Shown piece after piece: positions 9,671-20,461 of a stretch of DNA of 64,000 bases. Under the pieces are notes generated by a model. The model did not search any database. It was given only the letters and a program-made list of their open reading frames with translations, and was not told the origin of the DNA. Made by a program: the position numbers and the translations under genes. Positions within the stretch are counted from its first letter, which is position 1. Every line of letters starts with the position of its first letter. Source of the stretch: a bacterium (GTDB lineage: Bacteria > Hinthialibacterota > Hinthialibacteria > Hinthialibacterales > Hinthialibacteraceae). Where the stretch lies: assembly GCA_016125385.1 (NCBI GenBank), contig WGLV01000013.1:26006-90005 (forward strand). The letters run 5' to 3'.

Positions 9671-10021
9671 TTAAGACTCGGATTTCGCGTGTTGTTCGAC
9701 GAATTGCTTCCAGGCGTCGTCAAAGATTTCTTCGCGATGATCCCAAAGACCCTGACTGTTGAAAAAGGTCTGGATTTCAGGCTTGTTGAGTGCGATGCGT
9801 TTGATGGTTTCACGCGTCTGCTCGGGGTTTTCCTTCAACTGGGTCAACACGTCGGGGTTCTGCTTAACCGCCGAGTCGAATACGCCGAGCAGTTCGTTCC
9901 TGCATTTCTCCTGTCCGCTGGTGGCGGTATTGAACACCATGAACCCGACAGCCAGCGCCGCGATCGCGAACAATGCAACGGCCCACAACCCGCTTGGAAC
10001 CTGTTTTTTTTCATCAGACAT
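9671..10021 (-). CDS. Hypothetical membrane-anchored protein
   Basis: RBS (AGGAG) upstream; N-terminal TM followed by a helical soluble domain. Confidence 0.7.
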   Translation of the reverse strand: MSDEKKQVPSGLWAVALFAIAALAVGFMVFNTATSGQEKCRNELLGVFDSAVKQNPDVLTQLKENPEQTRETIKRIALNKPEIQTFFNSQGLWDHREEIFDDAWKQFVEQHAKSES

Positions 10022-10341
10022 GAATCGATTCTCCTGAAATTCCGTTTGGCGTCTATGACGCCGCGCCCGCGATTCGACCGCCGTTCGTACCCCCCGGGAT
10101 GAAGATTCCCTCGAAATCGTGGAGTAACCATTGTACCCTGTTGTCGTTATACATAAACGCGTCCGCGCCGGTTCAATACATCATCCATCCGGCGCGCCGG
10201 GGTCTGTATGGCATCCCGTTTATTCTGTTTTTGCGTTTCGCGCCCGCCGCGGAGCCGCTTCATTCACCTCGAACCGGGCCCCGTTTATTTTTTTACATTA
10301 TCTGATGCTGAATCAACGTCCTTCCAGAAAGGTGTTCGTGC

Positions 10342-13300
10342 ATGTTCGCTTCATTTTATCCGATTCGGAGACGCATCGGCGTCCTGTTTCTGCTGACCGC
10401 TTTATCGGCGCACGCTTTCGCCGCCGGGATGGGAGAGACCATCTGGCGCTCGTACCTCAGCCAGGGCGATCTCGACGCCGCGCTGGGCGGGTTTGAGAAA
10501 GCCCTGAAAGAACACCCCGATGACGCGCTGGCGCAGGCGGGTTACGCCTATCTCAGCGAAAGCCGCTCGGGCGCCGAACAGAGTTTCACCCATTTTCTCG
10601 ATGCGCTCGACGCGGGCAAAGACGACCCCGAAGCGACCCTTTATCTGTTTGAAGCCTATCAGCGAGCCAGCGGGCGCGAAGACCGTGAAACCCTGCTCAA
10701 ACGTCTGGACCCGTTGTTGAACAACGCTTCGGCGCCCGTGCATTTCGCCAGTCACGCGCGTTGGATTCAAGGGCGGCTGCTGCAACGGCTTGGCCGGTGG
10801 GATGAAGCCGAATCGGCATTCGACCGCCTGGGCTTTATCACCGATTTCTGGGTATGCGGCCCGTTTGACAACGCGGAAAAACGCGGCCACGCCCAGACCT
10901 TCGGCCCGGAAGAGAACCTCGACCTCGCCGCGCAATATCCCGGACGCCGCCGCCAGGTCGGCTGGCAACCGATTTCGCTGCAACCTTACGACGGCTATAT
11001 CGAACTGCATTCACAGGTTTCACCCTCACAGGAATCGACCGTTTACCTCGCCGCCCAGGTCACCAGCGACGCGACCCGCTCGGCGCGCCTGCTGGTTGGG
11101 TACGCCGGCGCGATAAAGGTGTGGGTGAATGGAGAGATCGCCCTCGACAACAACCGGTACCACTCCGCCATCCCCGATCAGTCGGCGGCGAACGTGGAGC
11201 TGCGGCCCGGCGCCAACGTTCTATTGCTGAAAGCCTCCGGCGGAGAAACGGGAAAATTCGGCGTATACGTTCGGCTCATCGATGACGATGGCCAACCGCT
11301 CAAGGCCGATCCGCTCGACTCCGGCCAACCGTTCGACTTTTCAAAATTCGCGAAAGTCTCCTCCAGTTCGATCGAAGGCGATTCACTCACGCATGAGCCG
11401 ACGGTGATCCGCCAGATGAAGGCGCTGGGTGAAAACCTCGCTCAGGAACCCTTCCGCGCGTTCTTTTACGTGCGGTTGATTGAACTGCTCGACGTACTGG
11501 ATGAAAACGACCAGACGGCCAACGCGCTGATGGGCCAGTTGTGCAAAGGCTTCCCCGGCAACACATTGCTGCTGCGCAATCTGGGCGCGACCGAGCCGCA
11601 GCCCAACCGCCAGCGGCTGGCGTATTCGCTGGTGCTGGAGAAAGACCCCAACGATCTGGCGGCGTTTTTAAAACTGCTAGATTACTACAAAGACTCTCCC
11701 TATGCGACAAAGGGCTTCGACCTCATCCGCGACTGGAAAAAACACGATGACGTACCGCTCAGCGCCGAGATCGCCAAAGCCCGCATGCTCAATCGCGAAG
11801 GGCTGCCCGAAGCCGCCGCCGAACTGCTCGCCCGCCACGAAGACGAACTCGACGCCGACGCGCGGTATCTTCTGCTGCAAACCATGGGCGGAACCCTGAC
11901 GCAAGACCAGCGAATCGAGCGTCTCAAGACGATTCTGAACGATGACGCGACGCACTCCGACGCGCTGCACGCCCTGCGCCGCATCGCCATGCAGGACGGC
12001 GACAAAGACCTGCTCAACGAAACTCTGAAACATGAACGCCGCATGGCGCCGTTTTCCATCGCGGGGTTGCTCGAACTCGCGGCGAATCAGCAGGCGCGCG
12101 GCCGGTATGACGAATCGATCGCGACGCTGCAAAAAGCGTTGACGATCGCGCCGGAAGATTTTCAGGCGCTGCGCATGACGGCCATCGCCTATAACCTGAC
12201 CGGAAAACGCGATGAAGCGCTCGGCGCGCTGGCGGCGGCTCAGACCATTCTGCCCTCCGATCCGTGGTGCCTCGAATATCAGAAATTTCTTCAGCCCGAC
12301 GATTCAAACTACGCCTCGCCCTACCTCCGCGACTGGAAAGAGGTCGAGATTCCCGATTCGCTCGATCTGTCGAAGGCGAACCATCTGGTGTTGATGCATC
12401 AGGAAATCGTCAAGGTGTTCCCCAACGGCAACTCGAGCCGCACCGTGCATGAAGCGGTGAAAATACTCACCGATAACGGCATCCGCATGCAGCAGGTGCG
12501 CGGCGTGTATTACGAAGCCGGCAGCGAAGACGTGGTGGTCAAACGCGCCCGCGTCTGGAAGCCCGGCGGAACCGTCTACGACGCGCCCGCGCCGGTGAAG
12601 CGGAGCGCCTCGTCCGCCTCCGACGCCGATTCGAAACTGTATCAGGATTACATGGTCGCGGCGCTTCAATTTCCCGCGCTGGAAAAAGGCAGCGTGCTTG
12701 AACTGGAATACGAGGTCGTCAGCAAAAAAGACAACATTTACGCGGACTATTTCGGCGACCAGTTCTTTATCGGCGACGGATTTTTCGAACCCACCGTCGA
12801 AACCGAGTACATCCTGATCTCGCCCGCCTCGCGCGAGTTTTATTACAAATTCATCGAACCTCACTACCCGCGATCGATCGTTCAGGCCGGCGCGCCCGAG
12901 CTCAAACCCGATCCGGAAGAAACCATCGGCGGTGCGGAGCGGGTGTGGCATTGGACTTTCCACTCGCTGCCGGCCATTCCACGCGAACCGCTGATGCCCG
13001 CCTCGTCCGAGATTCTGCCTTACATCAAAATCTCCACCTTCAAAACCTGGACGGAGATGATGGACTGGTACTGGAACCTCTCGAAAGATCAGTTAAAACC
13101 CGGCCCGGTGGTTAAAGACCGGCTTGAATTTCTGCTTCAGGAATATCGCCGCAAACGCGGTATTCCGGTCGAACACGAGCTGACGAAGTGGGAAAAAGTT
13201 CGCGCGGTGAATGAATACGTCAACACCGGCATCCGCTATCTGGGGCTTGAGTTTGGAATTCATGGCTATAAGCCGCACAAGGTCGATGAGATATGCAACG

Positions 13301-14244
13301 CGCAATACGGCGATTGCAAAGACAAGGCGGCGCTGGCGGTCGCCATGCTGGGCGAGTTGGGCATCGACGCGCGCATGGTGATTCTGCGCACGACCGACCG
13401 GGGTGAATTCGATTACGATCTGCCCATGCTCGGCATGTTCAACCACGCCATTTATTACCTCCCCGATCTCGACGGCAAGGAGATGTGGATCGACGGAACC
13501 GCCACCTTCTTCGACGCGTCCGAACTCCCGCCCGGCGATCGGGGCGCCAACAGCCTGATCGTCGTGCCCGGCGGCGACGGCTTTTTCAAGCGCATCCCCT
13601 ATTCCAGCGCCGACGACAACGGCGGGGTCTACACCACCCGCCTCACCATTGATGAAAACGGCGACGCCCAGGGCGTGCGCGCGTCCGAGTTCCGCGGTCT
13701 GTACAACCCCATCGTCCGCCGGACCTACGAAAACCAGACCAAGGCCAAGGAAGTGGTCGACCAGATCATGGCGGGGCAATATCCCGGCAGCGAATCGTCG
13801 AACATCCAACTCTCCGACCTCGACGATTACTCCACCTCCGAGAGCCTGACCTATGAGATGAAGATTCCCCAATTCGGGGGCAAACACGGCGGGCGGATGA
13901 TTTTCCCCAGCACGTTCTTCGGCGACGATCTCTCTCAGCGGTACGCGCAACTCTCCAATCGCGAGTACGACCTCGTTTTGAGTTACCCCTGGTCGCGCAC
14001 CAACATTCTCCAGCTGAACCTGCCCGATTCGTTCAGTTCGGTCGAGCTGCCCGCCGACCGCGATCTCGAAACCGAGTTCGGCTCGTATCAACGCAAGACC
14101 ACCCGCGAAAACGGAGTGATTGAAATCAGAGAGACGCTGATCTTCAAACCGGTGCGGGTCGCCCGCGAAAAATACGCCGATTTCCGTGAATTCTGCCGCC
14201 TGGTCGATCTGTACCAGGACGAAAACGTGAACGCGAACCTGTAA
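10342..14244 (+). CDS. Secreted TPR + DUF3857 + transglutaminase-like + DUF3858-like protein
   Basis: Signal peptide, TPRs, FPALEKGSVLELEY (DUF3857), and catalytic triad GDCKDKA / FNHAI / WIDGT. Confidence 0.85.
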   Translation: MFASFYPIRRRIGVLFLLTALSAHAFAAGMGETIWRSYLSQGDLDAALGGFEKALKEHPDDALAQAGYAYLSESRSGAEQSFTHFLDALDAGKDDPEATLYLFEAYQRASGREDRETLLKRLDPLLNNASAPVHFASHARWIQGRLLQRLGRWDEAESAFDRLGFITDFWVCGPFDNAEKRGHAQTFGPEENLDLAAQYPGRRRQVGWQPISLQPYDGYIELHSQVSPSQESTVYLAAQVTSDATRSARLLVGYAGAIKVWVNGEIALDNNRYHSAIPDQSAANVELRPGANVLLLKASGGETGKFGVYVRLIDDDGQPLKADPLDSGQPFDFSKFAKVSSSSIEGDSLTHEPTVIRQMKALGENLAQEPFRAFFYVRLIELLDVLDENDQTANALMGQLCKGFPGNTLLLRNLGATEPQPNRQRLAYSLVLEKDPNDLAAFLKLLDYYKDSPYATKGFDLIRDWKKHDDVPLSAEIAKARMLNREGLPEAAAELLARHEDELDADARYLLLQTMGGTLTQDQRIERLKTILNDDATHSDALHALRRIAMQDGDKDLLNETLKHERRMAPFSIAGLLELAANQQARGRYDESIATLQKALTIAPEDFQALRMTAIAYNLTGKRDEALGALAAAQTILPSDPWCLEYQKFLQPDDSNYASPYLRDWKEVEIPDSLDLSKANHLVLMHQEIVKVFPNGNSSRTVHEAVKILTDNGIRMQQVRGVYYEAGSEDVVVKRARVWKPGGTVYDAPAPVKRSASSASDADSKLYQDYMVAALQFPALEKGSVLELEYEVVSKKDNIYADYFGDQFFIGDGFFEPTVETEYILISPASREFYYKFIEPHYPRSIVQAGAPELKPDPEETIGGAERVWHWTFHSLPAIPREPLMPASSEILPYIKISTFKTWTEMMDWYWNLSKDQLKPGPVVKDRLEFLLQEYRRKRGIPVEHELTKWEKVRAVNEYVNTGIRYLGLEFGIHGYKPHKVDEICNAQYGDCKDKAALAVAMLGELGIDARMVILRTTDRGEFDYDLPMLGMFNHAIYYLPDLDGKEMWIDGTATFFDASELPPGDRGANSLIVVPGGDGFFKRIPYSSADDNGGVYTTRLTIDENGDAQGVRASEFRGLYNPIVRRTYENQTKAKEVVDQIMAGQYPGSESSNIQLSDLDDYSTSESLTYEMKIPQFGGKHGGRMIFPSTFFGDDLSQRYAQLSNREYDLVLSYPWSRTNILQLNLPDSFSSVELPADRDLETEFGSYQRKTTRENGVIEIRETLIFKPVRVAREKYADFREFCRLVDLYQDENVNANL

Positions 14245-14252
14245 GGATACCT

Positions 14253-17200
14253 ATGACGATGACGCGAGTTTTCAAACTTTCTCTTACGCTTTTCGCATGG
14301 CTGGCCTCCGCCTCCATCGCTTTCGCTTCGGTGGAAGACGGCTGGCGCCTGCTGCTTGATAACCGATTCGCCGAAGCGGACGCCGCTTTCGCGGCCGCGT
14401 CCGAACACGCGCCCAACGAGGCGGCGTTGCGCGGGCGCCTGCTGGCCGCCTGGGCGCGGGGCGACGACCCCGCCGCCGCCGAAGCGCTCACCGCGCTGAT
14501 CGAAAATTTTCCCGCCAGCCCCTGCCTGCCCGCCTACCTGGCGTTCTGCAGCCAGCCCAATCTGATGGGTTGGAGCCACGCCGGGCGCGAGCAGGCCGTG
14601 CGCCGCGCGCTGACTCAGACGATGCCCGCAGCGAACCACGCCCGCCTTCAGTTCGAGCTGATGCAATCGATGGAGGCGCTGATCGATAAAGCCGCCGGCG
14701 CGGCCGCGCGCGAAGCGGGCGTCATCATCGATGAGTGGAACGTCGTGGGGCCGTTCGGACGTCACGGCGCGGCCGATTTCTTCACGCCGTTCGGTCCCGA
14801 GGTTTCGTGGTCGCCGATCTACGACGGCTGGGCGGACCGAGTCGACATTCACCCCGTGGGGCAGGCCGATGAAGTGGGAACGCTCGACCTCGACGGGCTG
14901 GTTTACCCGAGTGAAGGCGTCGCGTACCTGATAAACGCGATCGAATCGCCGCGCGAGCAGGGCGTCGAACTCTCCATCCTGTCGCCCGCCGACGTTCGCG
15001 TGTGGGTCAACGGCGAGCCGCTGATGCAGAAGACGCGCCTGGCGCTGCACTCGGCGAACGCGCTATCCGCGAAAACGCGCCTGAAACAGGGGAAGAACCT
15101 GATCGCGGTCAAACTCTTGCGCACCGACGGTTGGCATCTGCGCGCCCAGCTTCGCCCCTTGGGCGGCGAGGCGGTCGAGTTCCACTCGATTCCCTTCGCG
15201 CTCACCGACTGGCGCAATCTCTATCTGACCCCCTTTGAAACCACCGGGCGGCTTGATGAAACCTGCGATGGACTCAAGCCGGACTATCCCTTCGAATTAC
15301 CGTCCGGCGATTCAACCTCCCAACGCATAGAGAACGCTCTGCTGCGCGCGTTCTGGCATCTCGACCGCTACGAACTCGCCGCCGCGCGCGACGCGGCGCG
15401 TGAGGCGAGCGCCGCCGCTCCGGATTTCGTACTTCCCTATTCGCTGATGGGCGATATCGCGCTTCGCCAGGCGAAAGACCGGCCCGGATCGTCGTCGCGG
15501 TTTCAGCAGGAGGCGGAAGAAGCCTTCCGCGCCGCGCTCGACCGGGCGCCGAACCTGCTGCCCGCGCTGATCGGCATGCAGACCTACCTGCTCGATCGCG
15601 ATCAGACCGACGCCGCGATGGCCCTGATCGATCGATATCCTCCCATGCAATACACCGGACGCGCCGATTACGTGGCGGGGGTGGTTTACGCCAAGAAAGG
15701 CTTTACCGCCGAGACGGCGCAACGATTTGAAAAAGCGCGGCAGGGTTTTCCGCCCAGTTTCGACGTCATCACTCGCCTGTTCGATTACTACAAAGCCAAC
15801 CGGGCCGATAAAGAAGCGCGGGAATTGATCGCCAGCGGTCTCGAAATCTACCCCTCATTTCTCTCGTTCATTCAGCGCGCCAATCAGCTCGACGAAGCGC
15901 CGTCCGGCGGCGCCGATCCAGAACCCCGGCTCAAGGCGCTGATCGAGATGCACCCCAACTCGCCCCAATACGCCTTTCAATTGGCCACCTGTTACGAAAA
16001 CGCCGGGCGGCTGGACGACGCGATGGCGCTGTATGGCGAGATGCAAAAACGGTTCTCCAATCACCCTCAGGTCGCCGAACGGATCGCGTCGCTGAACATG
16101 GTTCGCGGCAAGCGGGACAAGGCGCTGGAAGAATATTCGGCGATTCATCAGACCGAACCGCTGTGGATGGAACCGTTCCGCCTGTTGCGCGATTCCGGCG
16201 ACCGGGAATTCGCCTATCAGAAGTACGACGTTTCGCTCGACGACGTGAATGTCGAAGACGCCCAGCGCTGGAAGAATTCACGCGGGTCGTCCATCTACCT
16301 TCTCGACATCATGGTGCTCGAATATCACGAAGACGGAACCTACGACATGTACGTCCACCAGGCGGTTCAGGTGCTCAACCAGCAGGGCGTGCAGAAATGG
16401 GCCGAAGTGGTCATCCCCAAAGGCCCCAATGTCGAGATCATCAAAGGACGGACGATCACGCCCGACGGTCTTGAATGGGCGGTGTCGCACGTGCAGGACC
16501 TCAGCGGTCAACAGTCGCTCTCGATGTACGGCCTCGAAGAAGGCGGCGTCATCGAGTACGCCTACCTGCAACGGGGCGGACGCGACGATCCGGGTGTTCG
16601 AGCGCACACCGGCGGCTATTTCTTCGGCTCCGACGACGACCCCATGCTGCTCTCACAGCTCACGCTGATCGCCCCGGCCGATCTTCCATTGAACTTCGAT
16701 CGGCATCCCGTTGATTTCGATCCAGAAATTTCGGTCGACAACGGCCGCAAGGTTTACGTCTGGACGAACCGCCTGCAAGACGGTCTCAAGCCGGAGCGTT
16801 TCGCCCCGCCGCTGGCGCAGCGGGTGAAATCCGTTCAATGGACCACCGGCGCCGACTGGCTGACGCTGGCCGAACGCTACCGCGCGTCGCGGCTCGGCTA
16901 TCAGGAAGATTCGGACGAAGTACGCGCCCGGACGGATGAACTCACCAAAGACGCGGGATCGAAACACGAGATCATTGAGCGGATCTATAACTGGATTCGC
17001 GAATCGATCGAAGACAGCGCGGGAGGCTCAACCACCGCCGATACCGTTAAGCTGAAAGCGGGCGGGCGCTATCAGAAACTGCGCCTCATGCGTCACATGC
17101 TGAGCCTGGCCGGCGTAAAAACGCAGATGGTCTACGCGCTGGAAGGCGAAAAAGACGACGGGACCCATCCCTTGCCCTATCCCGCCTATCCCGGCTCACT

Positions 17201-18017
17201 GCTGTTGCGCATCCCCGAGCAGGATGGCGTGGCTGAACCCATTCTGGTTGATTTCGCCAGCCGCTTCGCGCCGCTGGGTGAAGTCGGCCCGCACGAGAAA
17301 AAACAGCTCGCGCTCGTCTTTGACGGCGTGGTCCCCTATTTCTATCCGCTGATGCCCAAAATATGGGAGCAGGGCCTGCTGATCCGCCAGGCTGAAATGA
17401 CGTTTAACGACGACCTCACCGCCCAGGTCAGCGGCGATTACGAATTTGGCTACCTGTACGATCAACAGATTCGTCAGGCGCTCACCAATCCCGAAGTCCG
17501 CAACCGGCTCGCCGACGCGCAGACATCGAGCGATTTTCGGGGCATCCAGCTCGACTCCGCCGGATTCGAAGACACCGAAGACCTCGCGAAGACGCCCCGG
17601 CTGGTCTTTAAGGGAACCATGCCCGACGCGGCCAAACCCGACCAGAACGGCTCATTTCACATCGAACCGGTCATCGTTCGGTCTGAGGCTTCCGGACTGG
17701 TCAGCGACGCCACCCGCCAGTTTCCCATCAAGTTCGACGCCAGCCCGGTTCAGGATCATTTTGAAATGCGCTTCGACCTGTCGAACTGGTTGAAACAGGG
17801 CGCGCGGATTCAACTGCCGGATAACGCGCTGCTCATCTCAGACTTCGGCTTTTATTCGCTGTATTTCGCATGGGATGGAGACGACGTCGTCATGAGACGC
17901 TCGTTCCTGATCCCCAGTCAGACCATCGAAACGGACGATTATCCGCGTTTCGTCGAGTTTTGCCGGTCGATCGACCAGATCGAAGACCGGGTGATCCGGG
18001 TTTATCCCGCATCATAA
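14253..18017 (+). CDS. Secreted TPR + DUF3857 protein with degenerate transglutaminase core
   Basis: Same architecture as the upstream gene (GLEEGGVIEYAY), but no Cys/His at the equivalent triad positions. Confidence 0.8.
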   Translation: MTMTRVFKLSLTLFAWLASASIAFASVEDGWRLLLDNRFAEADAAFAAASEHAPNEAALRGRLLAAWARGDDPAAAEALTALIENFPASPCLPAYLAFCSQPNLMGWSHAGREQAVRRALTQTMPAANHARLQFELMQSMEALIDKAAGAAAREAGVIIDEWNVVGPFGRHGAADFFTPFGPEVSWSPIYDGWADRVDIHPVGQADEVGTLDLDGLVYPSEGVAYLINAIESPREQGVELSILSPADVRVWVNGEPLMQKTRLALHSANALSAKTRLKQGKNLIAVKLLRTDGWHLRAQLRPLGGEAVEFHSIPFALTDWRNLYLTPFETTGRLDETCDGLKPDYPFELPSGDSTSQRIENALLRAFWHLDRYELAAARDAAREASAAAPDFVLPYSLMGDIALRQAKDRPGSSSRFQQEAEEAFRAALDRAPNLLPALIGMQTYLLDRDQTDAAMALIDRYPPMQYTGRADYVAGVVYAKKGFTAETAQRFEKARQGFPPSFDVITRLFDYYKANRADKEARELIASGLEIYPSFLSFIQRANQLDEAPSGGADPEPRLKALIEMHPNSPQYAFQLATCYENAGRLDDAMALYGEMQKRFSNHPQVAERIASLNMVRGKRDKALEEYSAIHQTEPLWMEPFRLLRDSGDREFAYQKYDVSLDDVNVEDAQRWKNSRGSSIYLLDIMVLEYHEDGTYDMYVHQAVQVLNQQGVQKWAEVVIPKGPNVEIIKGRTITPDGLEWAVSHVQDLSGQQSLSMYGLEEGGVIEYAYLQRGGRDDPGVRAHTGGYFFGSDDDPMLLSQLTLIAPADLPLNFDRHPVDFDPEISVDNGRKVYVWTNRLQDGLKPERFAPPLAQRVKSVQWTTGADWLTLAERYRASRLGYQEDSDEVRARTDELTKDAGSKHEIIERIYNWIRESIEDSAGGSTTADTVKLKAGGRYQKLRLMRHMLSLAGVKTQMVYALEGEKDDGTHPLPYPAYPGSLLLRIPEQDGVAEPILVDFASRFAPLGEVGPHEKKQLALVFDGVVPYFYPLMPKIWEQGLLIRQAEMTFNDDLTAQVSGDYEFGYLYDQQIRQALTNPEVRNRLADAQTSSDFRGIQLDSAGFEDTEDLAKTPRLVFKGTMPDAAKPDQNGSFHIEPVIVRSEASGLVSDATRQFPIKFDASPVQDHFEMRFDLSNWLKQGARIQLPDNALLISDFGFYSLYFAWDGDDVVMRRSFLIPSQTIETDDYPRFVEFCRSIDQIEDRVIRVYPAS

Positions 18018-18043
18018 CCCGCTTGTTTTTCCCCTGATATTTC

Positions 18044-18075
18044 TTCAGCGCGCACCGGAAACGATGCGCGCTGAA
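18044..18075 (+). terminator. Hairpin downstream of the DUF3857 pair
   Basis: TTCAGCGCGCA-N10-TGCGCGCTGAA followed by ATATTTT. Confidence 0.6.
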
Positions 18076-18119
18076 ATATTTTCTATTGCACTGCGACGAA
18101 ATCGGTCTATTATATTTTT

Positions 18120-18372
18120 GATCGCGCAAAGATAGGTAATTTTGTGCTCGTTCACAGGTCGGTTGACGGTTCAAGCTCAGGTTCATACATCAATATCATT
18201 TGAGCATAGACGCCAATCCACCATTTTATATGTTCCACTTGCACCCAGTGCGCAAACTTGACATACAGTGCAACCCATCTCTATTGGCGGAAGGCACAAG
18301 CGAATCAAACAGGAACATTTGAATGAGTATGAAACCTGCTGCGTGAAATCATTTTTCAAATTCTCACGAGCC
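18120..18372 (+). ncRNA. Candidate structured RNA (long nested hairpin; sRNA or 5' leader)
   Basis: Follows a putative TTGCAC-N16-TATTAT promoter (18086-18113); five nested complementary segments; no long ORF. Confidence 0.35.
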
Positions 18373-18452
18373 GGTTTTGCTGTCAGTCAGGCATGATTGA
18401 ATGGCTGTATTTTCTTGTGGCAGTTCTAATGACAGGTGGTTGAACAGTTTTC

Positions 18453-19238
18453 ATGAATCAAGAAGGCGGCATCCCGGGCGAACCACATCGTTCAGAGCCG
18501 AACCGCTCCGCTGAACGGGAGCTGAAGCGTATCGTTGAACTTCAGCGCAACTTTCTGCCCCAGCAATTTCCATCGTACCCCCCTCTTCATTGGGCGGCGA
18601 TGTATCACCCGTCGACCGATGTGGGCGGCGATTATTACGACGTGATTCCCATCGACGAAAACCGATGCGGCGTCGTCATCGCTGACGTGTCTGGACACGG
18701 AGCCTCGGCGGCGGTGGTAATGGCGCTGACCCAGATGGCAGTGAAGGAATTTCTGCCGCAATGCGATGACCCTGGCGAGGCGCTGCTCGTATTGAATCAG
18801 AAACTGAAACGCCACATGCTGCCTCATCATTTCGTCACCATGCTGATCGCCATCGCCGACGTCAGCCGGATGACGCTGTCATACGCTTCCGCCGGACACC
18901 CTCCCATGATCTGCCTTGAACACACCTGCAAATCGGTGAGCTTGCTCGACGTGGAACCGGGCTTCCCCCTCTGCACGCTGCCGGTGTCGTCGTATCCGCG
19001 GTATGAACGCCCGTTGAATTCGGAAGAGATTTACCTGCTCTATACCGACGGCGTGGTCGACACGCCCGATCCGCGAAACCGGTTTTTCGGCGACGACCGG
19101 CTGATGAAAACGTTAAAGAGCCTCGACACCTGCTCGGCTGAATTCGCCGTGCAGCATGTTTTTGAGCAGACGGAACAATACCGCGCCGGCGCCGAGCGCC
19201 TCGATGATTTTTCACTGCTCGCCATGGAGGTGAAGTGA
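18453..19238 (+). CDS. PP2C/SpoIIE (RsbU-like) serine phosphatase, stand-alone
   Basis: VGGDYYD, IADVSGHG, SAGHPP, YTDGVVD, DDFSLL. Confidence 0.92.
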   Translation: MNQEGGIPGEPHRSEPNRSAERELKRIVELQRNFLPQQFPSYPPLHWAAMYHPSTDVGGDYYDVIPIDENRCGVVIADVSGHGASAAVVMALTQMAVKEFLPQCDDPGEALLVLNQKLKRHMLPHHFVTMLIAIADVSRMTLSYASAGHPPMICLEHTCKSVSLLDVEPGFPLCTLPVSSYPRYERPLNSEEIYLLYTDGVVDTPDPRNRFFGDDRLMKTLKSLDTCSAEFAVQHVFEQTEQYRAGAERLDDFSLLAMEVK

Positions 19239-19261
19239 TCCGTTGCCGCGAGGACGCGGTC

Positions 19262-20347
19262 TTATTTTTTGTATTCCGGCGTAAACTTCACTCCCGGCAA
19301 GACCGGTTCAATCAGCGGAATCACCGTCTGGGCGAACAACGACTCGCTCACGTCATGCCCCACCGTCACCACCGCGAGCCCTTTCTCACTGGCGTACCAC
19401 ATGTCGTGATACCCCGCCTCGCCGGTTAAAAACGCGTCAACGCCCAGCCCCGCCGCCAGCGGAATCAACGAACCGCCGCTGCCCGTACAGATCGCGATCC
19501 GTTTCACGCCGCGTTTAGCGTTAGGTCGCACCCCGCCCAGAGTGGGGGCGATCGGCGTCGCCTTCATGAGCGCGTCTTCAAATTGAGACCACGTGAGCCG
19601 TTGCGCGAATTCCGCGATCCACACCGCCTGGCTGAGGTCGCGCACGTCTTCCATCGAATAGAGATCGTACGCGGGTTCTTCGTATGGATGAGCGCGCCAC
19701 AGCGCGTTGATCACCGCCGATTTTCGCCCGGCGGGCAACACCATTTCGAGGCGTTCTTCCTCGACGCGCTCATGCCGGCCCGCTTCGCCGGTGAACGGAT
19801 TGCTGAGCATCGATCCGCGAAACGTGCCGGTTCCGGGCGTCTCAAACGAACACATTTCGTATTCGCCGATCACGCCCGCGCCCGCCTGCGCGAGCGCGGT
19901 TCTCACCGCGCCGGTATGGCTGCGCGGCGTAAACGTGACGATCTTCAGCAACCCGGCCTGAGGTTTAGACAGCAGCGGCTCGGCGGAAACGCAGCCCAGC
20001 CTTTCCGCCCAGATTTTCGCCATGCCCTCGGGATGAAGATCGACGTTGGTATGCGCGGCGTACAGCGCGGTCTCGCGGCGGATCAGTTCCCGCGCGATAC
20101 GCTGGACCGGGTCGCTGGATACGATGCGCTTGAGCGGCCGGTAGATCAGCGGATGGTGAACGAACAGCAGGTCGGCGCGCGTACGGAACACGCGCTTCAA
20201 CAGCGCCGATGACGCCTCCAGTGCAACGAAAACGCGCTCGACCTCCTGCCCCGGGTCGCCCAGATGAAGGCCGACCGGATCGTTGGGCAGCGCCCAGGCG
20301 GGCGGAAACACGCTTTCAATGGCTTGAACGATCTGGTGAAGTTTCAT
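19262..20347 (-). CDS. Nif3-like dinuclear metal-centre hexameric protein with PII-like insert
   Basis: DPVGL, VHHPLIY, HTNVD, AHPYEEPAYD, GSGG, GEAGYH, GHDVSE. Confidence 0.9.
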   Translation of the reverse strand: MKLHQIVQAIESVFPPAWALPNDPVGLHLGDPGQEVERVFVALEASSALLKRVFRTRADLLFVHHPLIYRPLKRIVSSDPVQRIARELIRRETALYAAHTNVDLHPEGMAKIWAERLGCVSAEPLLSKPQAGLLKIVTFTPRSHTGAVRTALAQAGAGVIGEYEMCSFETPGTGTFRGSMLSNPFTGEAGRHERVEEERLEMVLPAGRKSAVINALWRAHPYEEPAYDLYSMEDVRDLSQAVWIAEFAQRLTWSQFEDALMKATPIAPTLGGVRPNAKRGVKRIAICTGSGGSLIPLAAGLGVDAFLTGEAGYHDMWYASEKGLAVVTVGHDVSESLFAQTVIPLIEPVLPGVKFTPEYKK

Positions 20348-20461
20348 GAGAGACCTCCCGTGTGAATCGTGAGCCCACAGAAATGAGAGTATAGAGCGGT
20401 TGTCAAAAACAGGTTCGTATCGAACCCTGGTATAATCGGTCCAAAATAGAACGACGCGGGT

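Noticed and set aside
13093..15050. Long antisense ORFs (332 and 320 aa), and similar ones opposite DUF1080, pckA, fusA, GT2 and nrdJ
   Set aside because: Expected from GC-rich codon bias opposite real genes; no recognisable domains.
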